Assembly: GCA_017743695.1 (NCBI GenBank)
Contig: JAGHYK010000001.1
Span: 1 to 54,617 of the forward strand
Source of the DNA: Chloroflexota bacterium
GTDB taxonomy: Bacteria; Chloroflexota; Anaerolineae; Anaerolineales; Villigracilaceae
Direction of reading: 5' to 3'
Length of the DNA stretch: 54,617 bases
Positions 17,122-26,860 of the stretch are shown in pieces; within the stretch, counting starts at the first letter, position 1; each line of letters opens with the position of its first letter. The translations under genes and the position numbers were made by a program. Under the pieces are notes generated by a model, which worked only from the letters and a program-made list of their open reading frames with translations, did no database searches and was not told the DNA's origin.

Positions 17122-17632
17122 AGGCCTGTGCTTTCAGGGCCTGGATTTTGCGAGCGAGGTAGGGAGAAAAGTATCCTTCGTAGCGTTCCCATAGTTCCGG
17201 GCGCTTCCAGTCGTTTGCGCTTACGTGACCCCGGCAGTTCGGAGCGCCGCAATGGCATTCAAATTCATCATAGGGCGAACTATCACACATGGCGTAATCG
17301 AAGCACACTTCCTCCCCTGGCGCGATGTCACGCATGGCTACCAGCCCAATCTGACCAAAGAAGCCGGCGTTGGGATTGCAGGAGTGGTTGAAATGGTCTG
17401 CAGGTTCTCTCTCCGGGGAGAAGAGATAAAATTCTTCGTCAATTTGCAAAATGGCCTGGGTAAAATCCGGCATGTTCGGGTCCAGTTCGCTGACATGCAC
17501 AATTTTTCCGCCCCACAGGGCGAGCAACTCGTCCTTCTGGATGGGAGCGATGGCAAAAATGCCCCAGCCTCCCTTCTCAGGGTGTGGCCGGCTTTCGAGC
17601 TTGGGGGAGAGGTAAGAGAGGGACATTTTCAC
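17099..17632 (-). CDS. SET-domain protein (putative lysine methyltransferase) with a post-SET Cys cluster
   Basis: GWGIFA.., NHSCNPNA, EEVCFDYA, then CDSS..ECHCGAPNCRG. It overlaps the downstream GT-C gene by 23 nt. Confidence 0.8.
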   Translation of the reverse strand: MKMSLSYLSPKLESRPHPEKGGWGIFAIAPIQKDELLALWGGKIVHVSELDPNMPDFTQAILQIDEEFYLFSPEREPADHFNHSCNPNAGFFGQIGLVAMRDIAPGEEVCFDYAMCDSSPYDEFECHCGAPNCRGHVSANDWKRPELWERYEGYFSPYLARKIQALKAQAYALVETV

Positions 17633-17800
17633 TCCTTATGCGAAAAGATAAAAAATTAACCGCCATCAGCCGTGGCCAATGGAGGTTAACTTTCCAGGGG
17701 GCTGAACAAGGCGATTACGCCAGGGAGGGGCTTTTTCTCGATGGAGAGATGGGTTCATTGCGACCTGATCTTTACCACAAATTCCCTGAAAATGGAAGAT

Positions 17801-18451
17801 TTACGAGGGCCAGATGTGACCGGCGCGCACGACGCCGCCCTCTGGCACATCGGCTTTGACGGTGGCGCCATTGCCGATGCGCGCTCGAGCACCGATGCGA
17901 ATGCCCAGGTTGATTGTTACTCCCATCCCGATCTGCGCGGCCTCTCCCACTTCCACGTTGCCAGCCAGCATCGCTCCCGGCGAGATGTTTACATAATTTC
18001 CGATGCGACATTCGTGCGAGACGATGGCGCCCACGTTGATCAACGCGCCATAGCCAATCTGCACTTCGCTGCCGATGTAAGCCCTGGCCAGGATGTGCGC
18101 CCCCTCGGCGATGTGCGCGCTGGGCTCGATCAGCGCCCAGGGGTGGATCAGCGCCGGACATTCAAAGCCGGCCTCTCGCAGGCGCTCAAAGATCGCAATG
18201 CGGAGATCGGGTTTTCCAATCCCACCGACAGCGTTGATCGCCAGCTTCACGCCGGAGGCGCGAATTTCTGGCAGTTTTTCGCCATTGCCCAGGATGGGAA
18301 TGCCCATCACCTGCTCACCCATGGCGCGCCCATCATCTACAATGCCGATCAACTGATAGCGCCCCAGGGCGCGCAGCAGGTCAATCAAAATTTTGCCATG
18401 TCCGCCGCCACCGTACATGACGATGGGGGGCAAAGGGGAGGTCGTCCTCAT
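17801..18451 (-). CDS. NeuD/PglD-like sugar N-acetyltransferase (left-handed beta-helix, hexapeptide repeats)
   Basis: N-terminal Rossmann-like segment IVMYGGGGHGKILIDLL followed by hexapeptide repeats (IGYGALINVGAIVSHECRIGNYVNISPGAMLAGNVEVG). ATG 18451 forms an ATGA overlap with the upstream stop. Confidence 0.75.
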   Translation of the reverse strand: MRTTSPLPPIVMYGGGGHGKILIDLLRALGRYQLIGIVDDGRAMGEQVMGIPILGNGEKLPEIRASGVKLAINAVGGIGKPDLRIAIFERLREAGFECPALIHPWALIEPSAHIAEGAHILARAYIGSEVQIGYGALINVGAIVSHECRIGNYVNISPGAMLAGNVEVGEAAQIGMGVTINLGIRIGARARIGNGATVKADVPEGGVVRAGHIWPS

Positions 18452-19098
18452 GAATGCTCCTTCTCCGTGCGGAGATTGCCCATGAATTCTTCTGCTGTGG
18501 CATGACCTGGCTGTGAAATTCCCTCCCGTTTCAACACTTTCCACAGGGTGAGTAGCAGGATTTTCAAGTCCAGCCAGAGGGAGCGGTGATCCACATACCA
18601 CACGTCCAGTTTGAACTTCTCTTCCCAGGTGAGCGCGTTCCGCCCGTGGACCTGTGCCCAGCCGGTGATGCCGGGGAGCACTTCGTGGCGGCGCGCCTGT
18701 TCGGGGCTATAGCGTTCCAGGTAGTGCAGGTAGAGCGGCCGCGGCCCGACCAGGCTCATCTTGCCGCTCAGGACCAGGAACAGTTCGGGCAGTTCGTCTA
18801 AGCTGGTCGCGCGCAGAAAACGGCCAAGGGGTGTCAGACGTTCGGCATCCGGCAGCAGATGCCCTTGCGCATCACGCGCATCGGTCATGGTGCGGAATTT
18901 GTAAATCCAGAAGGGTTGCCCCCGATAACCGGCGCGCTGCTGGCGGAAGAGGATCGGGCGACCATGGAAGAAGAGCACCAGCAGGGCGATCAGACCCATC
19001 AGCGGGGAAAGCAGGATCACCGCCGGCACGGCCAGCACGAGGTCGAACAAACGCTTGGAAAGTGGAACTCCGGGAGGAAACACGCCTGGATTATACAA
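18448..19098 (-). CDS. Undecaprenyl-phosphate sugar phosphotransferase (PglC/WbaP small-type, Bac_transf)
   Basis: [18 protein letters not shown].., [26 protein letters not shown]-like [23 protein letters not shown]. Confidence 0.85.
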   Translation of the reverse strand: MYNPGVFPPGVPLSKRLFDLVLAVPAVILLSPLMGLIALLVLFFHGRPILFRQQRAGYRGQPFWIYKFRTMTDARDAQGHLLPDAERLTPLGRFLRATSLDELPELFLVLSGKMSLVGPRPLYLHYLERYSPEQARRHEVLPGITGWAQVHGRNALTWEEKFKLDVWYVDHRSLWLDLKILLLTLWKVLKREGISQPGHATAEEFMGNLRTEKEHS

Positions 19099-19213
19099 CA
19101 GGTGGGAGCCTGGAATCTCGATCCAATCGAGAGCGTCACGGTTTTGGGGCGTTCCATCTGAGAATGCATCTGCCGGCAGAAGGGAAAGGCCTTTTCAGGA
19201 ATCTATGTCAGGG

Positions 19214-19329
19214 AATTTTCAGGCCATACCGTCAACGAATAAACGAGGGGGCATTCTTCCCCGTTGACAGCATCCCCTCCACAGGCCGGAAAGCCCATCC
19301 TGCCGCAGTCCGTATTCGTTGATTCGTTT
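19214..19329 (+). repeat. Structured dispersed intergenic element, copy 2
   Basis: AATTTTCAGGCCATACCGTCAACGAAT..CCGTTGACAGCATCCCCTCCACAGGCCGGAAAGCCCATCCTGCCGCAGTCCGTATTCGTTGATTCGTTT shares both ends and the central hairpin with copy 1. Confidence 0.85.
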
Positions 19330-19378
19330 GAAGGCAGAAAACCTGTTCTCGTTTTGGTCTGCTCTCTCCATTTTTCGC

Positions 19379-21433
19379 TCACGGCGTTGGCGAAGGGGTT
19401 GGCGTCTCCGAAGGCGTTGGCGTGATGGTGGGGGTTGGCGTCAATGTTGGCGTGCTGGTGGGGGGCGGCGTGGGCGTCGAGGTGGGCGGCGCTGACGTGG
19501 GGGTATAGGTCGGCGTGACCGTGATGGATGGCGTAAGGGTCGGGGTGGAAGTGATTGTCGCAGCGCCACTGCGCCGGATGCGCGGCGCCACCCACAGGGC
19601 GCGATCGCCGCTGGCTGCGCCGTTCGCCAGCACGGTGAGCACAAAGCGCACATCCTGCCCGGCCAGCGCTGAGAGATCAATGCTGGCTGCATAATACATC
19701 CCTTCATACCGTTCTGCAAAAGCCCAGAGGGTCTGGATCGGGCCGCTACCGATGCGATAGTCCAGGCGGAAGATCACGAAGCAGGAGGTGGCGTTATATT
19801 CACAGTTCACGATGGCCTCAAAGCGATCCCCTGACTGCACGCGGAAGGGCGGATAGATGCCCTGGATGTAGCCGTTATAGACATTTTGGGGCACGGTAAG
19901 CAGCCCCGAACGCGAATCGCTCACCCCGTTTTCCAGTTGCGACGGGGTCACCACGCGCATGAACCCGCGGCCATCCCCTTCGCTTCCCGGGCAGGGCAGG
20001 ACGCCAGCGCCGCTGACCCATTGCGCGTCACACGCCTGGGCCACGAAGTCGTAGGCGGTGTCGCCGGTCGGCGGCGTTCCGCTGACTCGAATTTCCACCC
20101 ACCATGGGAGGATGGCCGGGCTGCCGATGCCGAAGAGTGCCCCGGTGGCGTTCTTGAATTGCCAGTAGCCGCGATACAGGCCGGGGGTCGAAGGCGCAGT
20201 GAGCCGCACGGTCAGGTCTACTGTACTGCCAGGGGGCACCTCGCGCGGCAGGTTGGCTTCTGCCGGGCCTCCCATCTGTTCACCGCTGACGAACGCCAGT
20301 TTATAGGCGGTGGTCCAGGTGCATGTGCCGATGTTCTTCAGGCGCCAGGTTTTATCGAAGACCTGACCAGGGGCCATCAGCGTCCCATCCGGCACGGTGA
20401 CATCGGCGATGAACTGGGCTTTGTCGCAGGAGGATGCAGGGGGTGGGGTGACGGTCGGGGTGGGCGTTACGCCGGGGGGAGGTGGGGTGCCGCCACGCAC
20501 GATAACCGGGTTGACCCACACAGCGCGGTCGCCGGTTGCAGAGCCGGCGGCGCGTACTTTCAGCACAAAGCGTACCGTCTGGCCTGCGATGGCGTTCAAC
20601 GGCACGCGAGCGCTGAAAATTTGCCCATCGTAGCGCTCATCGAAGCTCCAAAGGGTGTACAGGCCATTGCGGCTATCCAGATACTGGAGGGTGAAGCGGG
20701 CGTAACAACCCGTGGCGCCCTGTTCGCAGCCAATGGTGGCGCGGAATTCATCCCCGGTCTGGACAGTAACGGCCGGGAAGACGCCATAGATGACCCCGTT
20801 AAAGACCTGTTGCGGCACCATCCATAATCCCTTACCGCTGAGGGGAGTGCCGCTTTCCAGGGTGGGGTTGTCGCGCACCAGCGCAAATCCGCGCACATCC
20901 CCATCTGTGCCAGGAAAGGGGAGGCTTTTGGAAGCATTGCCCCAGGATGCGTTCGGCGCCTGGGCGATAAAATCCAGCACCACGCTCTCGCTGCCTGGTA
21001 CGACGATCTCGACCCAGAAGGGCAGGCTGGCTGTGCTTCCCAGGCCAAAGAGCACCCCGGAAGCGTTTTTCAGCATCCAGTAGCCGCGGTAGGAGCCGGC
21101 TGCGGCTGGCGCTGTCAGGGTTACAGAGACATCTACCGTCTGCCCCGGCGCAACGCTGTAAGGCAGGTTCACTTCTGCCGGTCCGTCCATCGCGTGGCCG
21201 CTGGAAAAGGCCAGGCGATAGCCGCTTCCCCAGGTGCAGCTACCGATATTCTTCAGCCGCCAGGTTTTGGTGAAGACGGTGCCGGCTGCGAGAACCGTAC
21301 CGTCAGGGATGGTGACGTCCGCAATGAATTGAGCCTGGTCGCAGAGGGTGGCGGCCTGCGCCGCCGGTACTTCCCAGGCGGGGAATAGCATGAGCAGGAT
21401 CAGGCTCAGGGAAAGAAGGCGAAAGAATTTCAT
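19379..21433 (-). CDS. Secreted protein with two tandem [NBR1-like Ig domain + about 200-aa unknown domain] units and a Pro/Thr-rich tail
   Basis: Signal peptide MKFFRLLSLSLILLMLFPAWEVPAAQA (ATG 21433, RBS AGGAG). It has CDQAQFIADVTIPDGT..FTKTWRLKNIGSCTW and a second copy CDKAQFIADVTVPDGT..FDKTWRLKNIGTCTW. The C-terminus is TPT/PTP low complexity. Confidence 0.7.
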   Translation of the reverse strand: MKFFRLLSLSLILLMLFPAWEVPAAQAATLCDQAQFIADVTIPDGTVLAAGTVFTKTWRLKNIGSCTWGSGYRLAFSSGHAMDGPAEVNLPYSVAPGQTVDVSVTLTAPAAAGSYRGYWMLKNASGVLFGLGSTASLPFWVEIVVPGSESVVLDFIAQAPNASWGNASKSLPFPGTDGDVRGFALVRDNPTLESGTPLSGKGLWMVPQQVFNGVIYGVFPAVTVQTGDEFRATIGCEQGATGCYARFTLQYLDSRNGLYTLWSFDERYDGQIFSARVPLNAIAGQTVRFVLKVRAAGSATGDRAVWVNPVIVRGGTPPPPGVTPTPTVTPPPASSCDKAQFIADVTVPDGTLMAPGQVFDKTWRLKNIGTCTWTTAYKLAFVSGEQMGGPAEANLPREVPPGSTVDLTVRLTAPSTPGLYRGYWQFKNATGALFGIGSPAILPWWVEIRVSGTPPTGDTAYDFVAQACDAQWVSGAGVLPCPGSEGDGRGFMRVVTPSQLENGVSDSRSGLLTVPQNVYNGYIQGIYPPFRVQSGDRFEAIVNCEYNATSCFVIFRLDYRIGSGPIQTLWAFAERYEGMYYAASIDLSALAGQDVRFVLTVLANGAASGDRALWVAPRIRRSGAATITSTPTLTPSITVTPTYTPTSAPPTSTPTPPPTSTPTLTPTPTITPTPSETPTPSPTP

Positions 21434-21535
21434 GAGGTGCTCCTTTCTTTCAGGCAAAGGTGAGGCGACTGCCTCGTGAAAGCTGGCGCTCCATCTCGCT
21501 GTCCGCAGTCCACCATCTACATCGTCCATTAAACG

Positions 21536-22933
21536 TCAATGCGAATCGAAAGGTTCATGAGCAGGTGGCCTCCCGTCTGTGACGGCGCGCGCCAGTTGTT
21601 CCGCCAGGCCGGTAAACGTCTTCGGCGAAAGGGAGAGAAGCCGCTCTTTCACTTCCGCGGCCACCGGCAAAGATTCGACCCATTGCTGATAGGCGGCGGG
21701 GGTGAGAACCTGCCCACGGGTGAGCGTTTTCAGCCAGTCATAGGCTTCTGCGTAACCGGCGGCGCGCAGGATTGTCTGGGCGCCTTCGGCGACCATCTCC
21801 CAATGCGCCTCCAGCGCCTGTTCCATGACCGTCGGCTGCACTTGCAGGCGTTCCAGCCCGCGCAGGATAGCCTGCCAGGCGACAAGGGTGTGACCAAACA
21901 TCACGCCGAACGTGCGCCGCACGGTCGAGTCCGAAAGATCGCGCTGTAACCGTGAGATGGGTAGCTTGCGTTGATAGTGTTCGATCAGGGCGTTGGCCAG
22001 CCCCAGGTTGCCTTCGGCGTTCTCAAAATCTATCGGATTGACTTTTTGGGGCATGGTGGAGGATCCCACTTCCTGTTGTACCACGCGCAGGTGCAGATAG
22101 CCATCGCTGATATATCGCCAGAGGTCCTGCACCAGGTCGAGAAGCACAGTGTTCACGCGATAAAGGTGGGAGAAATATTCGAGCCAGTTCTCGTAAGGCA
22201 GGATTTGCGTGGCGCAGGGGTGCCATTCCAGCCCCAAAGAGGCCAGAAAATCGCGGGCGAAGGCGGGCCAGTCTGTTTCAGGGAAAGCGGCAACGGCGGC
22301 GTTGAAATTCCCGACTGCGCCGCTCCAGTGCGCCTGGAAGCGATGATCCGCCAGTGCCCGGCGCAGCGGCTGCAGACGGGCCAGGAAGACCGCGATCTCT
22401 TTGCCGAAAGTGGTAGGGACGGCAATTTGCCCGTGTGTGCGCGCCGGCATGGGGAGCGCGGCGTGTTCGCGGGCCAGCGCAGTCAGGCGCGAGAGGAGCA
22501 GGTCCAGGGCAGGCAGGATCACCCGCTGGCGACTTTCGAGCAGTGCCCAGGCCTGGGCTGTGCTGTTGACATCTTCGGAAGTCAGGCTGAAGTGTATCCA
22601 GGGGATCAGGTCGTGCAGGCCGGCTGCCTGGAATTGCTCGCGCAGGAAGAGTTCCAGGGCTTTGACATCATGCCGCGTGAGCGATTCCAGCTCGTGGACG
22701 CGCAGCGCCTCAGGGAGGGAGAAGGAATCTGCAACCCTTTGCAGGCGTTCCTGTTCCGCGTCCGTTAAGGGGCGCGGTTTGCCCAGACGGCAGCTGAGGA
22801 AAAGAAGATAGGCGATTTCCACCCTGACTCGAAAGCGGATATAGGCAAATTCCGAAAACCACTCGCGCAGAGGGGCAGTCTGTTCCTGATAGCGTCCATC
22901 AATCGGAGAGATGGAAAGAAGCGGATCGCTCAT
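21536..22933 (-). CDS. purB: Adenylosuccinate lyase
   Basis: SPIDGRYQ N-terminus and fumarate-lyase signature GSSTMPQKVNP. Length 465 aa. Confidence 0.95.
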   Translation of the reverse strand: MSDPLLSISPIDGRYQEQTAPLREWFSEFAYIRFRVRVEIAYLLFLSCRLGKPRPLTDAEQERLQRVADSFSLPEALRVHELESLTRHDVKALELFLREQFQAAGLHDLIPWIHFSLTSEDVNSTAQAWALLESRQRVILPALDLLLSRLTALAREHAALPMPARTHGQIAVPTTFGKEIAVFLARLQPLRRALADHRFQAHWSGAVGNFNAAVAAFPETDWPAFARDFLASLGLEWHPCATQILPYENWLEYFSHLYRVNTVLLDLVQDLWRYISDGYLHLRVVQQEVGSSTMPQKVNPIDFENAEGNLGLANALIEHYQRKLPISRLQRDLSDSTVRRTFGVMFGHTLVAWQAILRGLERLQVQPTVMEQALEAHWEMVAEGAQTILRAAGYAEAYDWLKTLTRGQVLTPAAYQQWVESLPVAAEVKERLLSLSPKTFTGLAEQLARAVTDGRPPAHEPFDSH

Positions 22934-22988
22934 ATTTGTATTATACTCGGTTAAGCATTTTGCAAATTCCTGTTGCAGGAGGTAGCCT

Positions 22989-24428
22989 ATGAAGATTCTC
23001 CCCGATGTGGCCCTGACCTATGACGATGTCTTACTGGTGCCCCAGTTTTCAGATATCCCCTCGCGGCGCAAGCTCTCCACGCAAACCCGCCTGACTCCCG
23101 CGATCACGCTCCAGATACCGATCGTTTCCGCAAACATGGACACGGTGACCGAAGCCGAGATGGCGATTGCGATGGCGCGCCATGGGGGGATTGGGATCAT
23201 CCACCGTTTTATGCCGATTGAAGAGCAGGTGGCCCAGGTGGAGCGCGTCAAACGAGCCGAATCCTTTGTCGTGGAAGAGCCGATTACGCTGACGACGCGT
23301 CACACGGTCGGCGATGCGCGGCGCATGATGGAGGAAACCGGCACAGGGGGGATTCTCATCCTGGATGAAAACGGGCGGCTGGTCGGCATCGTTACCAGCC
23401 GCGACATGCTTTTTGAGCAGGATGATCGGCGTCCCTTGACCGAGATCATGAGCCGCAACCTGATCACCGCTCCTCCTGGCACGACGCTTCAGGAAGCGGC
23501 GGCCATTCTGCATCGCCACCGCATTGAAAAGCTACCGCTGGTAGATGAGCAGGGTGCGCTGGTCGGCCTGATCACGCTGAAGGATATTCTGAAGATTACC
23601 GAGTTCCCCAAAGCGACCAAAGACGCCAAAGGACGGCTGGCGGTGGGGGCGGCGGTGGGCGTCAAGGAGCGGGAGTTGAAGCGCGTCGAAGCATTGCTGG
23701 AGGCCGGCGCGGACTGTATTGTGGTGGATATTGCGCATGGGGATTCGCAGCTGGAGATAGAGATGATCCGCGCCATTCGCCGCCATTTTCCGCAGGCGCA
23801 GATCATCGGTGGCAATGTCGCCACCGCAGAAGCCACGCAGCGACTGATTGATGCCGGCGCCGACGCGGTCAAAGTGGGAGTAGGTCCCGGCTCGATCTGC
23901 ATCACGCGCCTGGTGGCGGGGGCCGGTGTGCCACAGCTTTCGGCGGTCATGGAATGCGCCGCCGTTGCCCGTCCGCAGGGCATCCCGATCATCGCGGATG
24001 GCGGCATTCGCACCTCCGGGGATATTGTCAAAGCCCTGGCCGCGGGGGCCTCGACGGTCATGATCGGCAGCTTGCTGGCCGGGACCGATGAAAGTCCGGG
24101 GTTGATGATGACGCGTAAGGGGCACCGCTACAAGGTCTCGCGCGGCATGGCCTCGCTGCAGGCGAATATTGCGCGCAAGATTCGCGAAGGGGAGGGGTGG
24201 ATCACCCAGGAAGAGATTGAGGATTACGTTTCGGAGGGTGTCGAAGCCGCAGTGCCCTATCGCGGCCCGGTGCGCGAGGTGCTGACGCAACTGGTCGGTG
24301 GGTTACAATCGGGAATGAGCTACTGCGGCGCTCATAGCGTGGATGAACTTTATGAAAAAGCGGTCTTCGTGCGCATCACGCCCGCCGGGTGGAAAGAATC
24401 GCAGTCGCATGATGTCGAAGTGCTCTGA
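22989..24428 (+). CDS. guaB: IMP dehydrogenase with CBS pair
   Basis: [14 protein letters not shown] insert, catalytic loop [29 protein letters not shown]. Confidence 0.95.
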   Translation: MKILPDVALTYDDVLLVPQFSDIPSRRKLSTQTRLTPAITLQIPIVSANMDTVTEAEMAIAMARHGGIGIIHRFMPIEEQVAQVERVKRAESFVVEEPITLTTRHTVGDARRMMEETGTGGILILDENGRLVGIVTSRDMLFEQDDRRPLTEIMSRNLITAPPGTTLQEAAAILHRHRIEKLPLVDEQGALVGLITLKDILKITEFPKATKDAKGRLAVGAAVGVKERELKRVEALLEAGADCIVVDIAHGDSQLEIEMIRAIRRHFPQAQIIGGNVATAEATQRLIDAGADAVKVGVGPGSICITRLVAGAGVPQLSAVMECAAVARPQGIPIIADGGIRTSGDIVKALAAGASTVMIGSLLAGTDESPGLMMTRKGHRYKVSRGMASLQANIARKIREGEGWITQEEIEDYVSEGVEAAVPYRGPVREVLTQLVGGLQSGMSYCGAHSVDELYEKAVFVRITPAGWKESQSHDVEVL

Positions 24429-24437
24429 GTCGAACGA

Positions 24438-25892
24438 TTAGCGCCACCGGTAAACGACCATGGGCATTTCCTCATAGGGCCAGGGGAGGCCGCGGTAAAC
24501 CACCTTGCGCCCGGCCTCCAGCGTGGGGTAGATGCCCTGCAGCACGATCAGGTATTGCACGCCCTGCGCATCCAGGTAACTGGCCAGGGCGTGTTCGTCG
24601 TTCATGAAAGGGATCACCTGCGGCGAGATCAGACCGGCCAGATCCACCAGCGGGTGCGTATCGAAATACCCCAGCGCGCCAATATCATGGGCGGCAATCA
24701 CCGCCTGCGGGGGGAGATTTACCTGCACCCAGCGCGCCGTATCCACCATTTGCGTCTCGATGAAGGCGACCTCCTGGGCATAAGCGTTGGCGCCGAAGAA
24801 CAGGTAAAGCACCAGCAACAGGGCAAAGCTCATTCGCCAGGCCGGCAGGCCGATCCTGGCCCATTTTCGGCGGGCGACCCGGCCGGCCAGGAGCAATCCT
24901 GAGACGCCCCACAGCAGCGAAAGCGGCAGGAGCGGCAGGATATAGCGCCCATGTTGATAGGGTGGCAGGCGCAGAAGGTAGATCATGAAAAATGCGCCCC
25001 ACCAGGCGAGCAATATCCATGAGGTGGGATGGAGCGGCGCCTCCCGTCGTCGCCACAGGTGGATGAAAAACCACACCATCCCCGGAAAAAGCAGCAGTAA
25101 GGCCCCATGCAGCCATTGCATCCCATATAAACCGAGGCGTTCCAAAAGGGATTTTTGCTGCCAGGAAAGGTACTCCGTCTGCTTGGCGTAAAATGTGTTC
25201 GGCCAGGGGTGTCCTTCCAGGATCAGGTTGAAGAGGAGATACAACCCGAAGAGCAGGCTGAAGCCGAGGGTCAGGTTCAGGAGGCGCCGCCAGCGTTCGC
25301 CGGAGGAGGGGGTGGGGCGCAGAAGCGCATCGAGGGCCAGGAAGGGGAAGAGGAGCACGCCATCCGGGCGCGTCCAGGTCGCCAGGGCGCAGAGGAGCCC
25401 CAGGGTCAGGTAGCGCGGCGCTGCGGTCAGCAGGCGGATGGCGATCAGCGTCAGGATCAGTGCGTGGAGCAGGGTCTCCATTCCCGAGGCGGCCATCCAC
25501 ACCATGCGCCATTCCAGGACGGCGATGATCCCCACCCAGGGCAGGTGCGGCTGGTAGAAGCTCAGCCAGCGACGGGCGGCGCTTTCCAGCAGCAAGCCCA
25601 TGCACCACAGGCCGAGGATCCCCAGTAACCAGGTCCAGAGATAGGGCGAGAGGCCGAGGCGAAAGCCGAAGGAGAGCAGGATGGTCCAGAGGGGAGAGGT
25701 GGAGCCAGCCGAGGGATGGCCGGGTAGAAAGCTCCATTCGGCGCGCTGTGCCAGGTTGCGGGCGTAGGTCTGGTGAATCCAGGCGTCATCCAGCGGAAAG
25801 CCAGGCCGAAAATAGAGCGCGGCCGCGCCCAGGAACAGGCTGACAGTGAGCAGGGAAAGGGCGAGCAGGATCAGAACGTGCGAACGGGGCAT
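24438..25892 (-). CDS. Polytopic membrane protein, probable GT-C fold glycosyltransferase
   Basis: 484 aa with more than 10 hydrophobic helices. First-loop acidic motif FPLDDAWIHQTYARN. The substrate cannot be inferred. Confidence 0.55.
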   Translation of the reverse strand: MPRSHVLILLALSLLTVSLFLGAAALYFRPGFPLDDAWIHQTYARNLAQRAEWSFLPGHPSAGSTSPLWTILLSFGFRLGLSPYLWTWLLGILGLWCMGLLLESAARRWLSFYQPHLPWVGIIAVLEWRMVWMAASGMETLLHALILTLIAIRLLTAAPRYLTLGLLCALATWTRPDGVLLFPFLALDALLRPTPSSGERWRRLLNLTLGFSLLFGLYLLFNLILEGHPWPNTFYAKQTEYLSWQQKSLLERLGLYGMQWLHGALLLLFPGMVWFFIHLWRRREAPLHPTSWILLAWWGAFFMIYLLRLPPYQHGRYILPLLPLSLLWGVSGLLLAGRVARRKWARIGLPAWRMSFALLLVLYLFFGANAYAQEVAFIETQMVDTARWVQVNLPPQAVIAAHDIGALGYFDTHPLVDLAGLISPQVIPFMNDEHALASYLDAQGVQYLIVLQGIYPTLEAGRKVVYRGLPWPYEEMPMVVYRWR

Positions 25893-25894
25893 AT

Positions 25895-26644
25895 TTACTG
25901 GCAGGAAAAGGAGATGGTCTTTGGCTGGGAAACACCGCCGGCGTTGAACGCCTCCACCCGATAGCTGAGCACCTCGCTCAGGGAGGCCACCAGGGCCACT
26001 TCTGCAAAGGATGGTTCGAGAACTTCGGCGATTTTCTGGTCATTGCGATAGACGCGGTAGCCTGTGGCATTTGCCGCCGCGTTCCAGGTCAGGGAAACGC
26101 TCACCTCGATACCCCCGGCGGCATAGGAGCAGGAATAGGTGTAACGCAGGTTGGTCACCGGCTGGGGTGGAATGGCGGTCGGGCTGGGAGGCGGCGTGAC
26201 GGAGGGGAGAAGTTCCAGGCTCCCTTGTGGCGTGGCGGCGCCGCCCCACACCCAGCAGATCGTATTGTTATCCAGGCGCACCAGCCAGTAGTTTTCGGCG
26301 TCCCATTGTCCCAGCAGGGGGAGTTGCGCTCCGGAGGGGATCACGGTCAGGATGGGGAAGGCGGTTCCTGGCCCCTGGCGGCAGCGCGTGGCATCGGCGA
26401 GGAACAGGGAGGGCGTGGTGCGCGCCGGGGTGAAGGTCGGCGGGGCGGCGGAAGGGGAGGAAGCCAGGGCACCTGTGGCCGTTGGCGATTCCCTTGGGAC
26501 GGTCGGCAGTTGCGGCGAAGGCGCCGGCCGGGTGACGTTTGCCGCAGGCGTTGCCGAAGGCGGGCGCGGCAGATTGCAGGCCAGGACGAGGAGGAAGAGG
26601 AGCAAAAAGGCAATGCGACGAGGCGTGAGGGGGTTCCGGGACAT
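25895..26644 (-). CDS. Secreted/lipoprotein with SH3-like and Fn3-like segments
   Basis: Start ATG 26644 gives MSRNPLTPRRIAFLLLFLLVLAC (lipobox-like). The Pro-rich linker is followed by ..NLRYTYSC..VSLTWNAAANATGYRVYRNDQKI.. (Fn3-like). The upstream ORF-track extension begins at TTG inside a dispersed repeat. Confidence 0.5.
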   Translation of the reverse strand: MSRNPLTPRRIAFLLLFLLVLACNLPRPPSATPAANVTRPAPSPQLPTVPRESPTATGALASSPSAAPPTFTPARTTPSLFLADATRCRQGPGTAFPILTVIPSGAQLPLLGQWDAENYWLVRLDNNTICWVWGGAATPQGSLELLPSVTPPPSPTAIPPQPVTNLRYTYSCSYAAGGIEVSVSLTWNAAANATGYRVYRNDQKIAEVLEPSFAEVALVASLSEVLSYRVEAFNAGGVSQPKTISFSCQ

Positions 26645-26753
26645 GTTCGTCTCCTGCGGGACTTGCGGGGAAAAGGATAGGGGTTGGGAGGCAGTTCCTC
26701 CGTTCTTTGGATTCGCCGGCAATCCGCGGCGCATTATCTGTCCTGTGCTGTTT

Positions 26754-26789
26754 GTCATTGCGAGGCGCGATAGCCGCCGAAGCAATGAC
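26754..26789 (+). repeat. GTCATTGCGAG..CGAAGCAAT palindromic short repeat, isolated copy
   Basis: gtcattgcgaggcgcgatagccgccgaagcaatgac; the termini GTCATTGC/GCAATGAC are self-complementary. Confidence 0.8.
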
Positions 26790-26860
26790 AGAGGACAGTG
26801 GTCTAAATGGTCGAGACAGTTACCGACGGGCTTGCAAACCTGTGCTGCGCCGGTCCGCGT

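Noticed and set aside
19886-20827. 313-aa plus-strand ORF, and similar ORFs at 17741..18505, 21971..22768, 23532..24290(-), 35732..36370, 39146..39739(-) and 49219..50064(-)
   Set aside because: All are antisense or off-frame to genes with strong family signatures (NBR1-like protein, PglD/PglC-like, purB, guaB, meaB, CYTH, cbaA). They are treated as shadow ORFs.
24685-25737. 350-aa minus-strand ORF, rich in Pro/Arg/Ala
   Set aside because: It is an alternative frame inside the polytopic membrane protein gene 24438-25892, whose own frame gives coherent TM helices. This is a shadow ORF.
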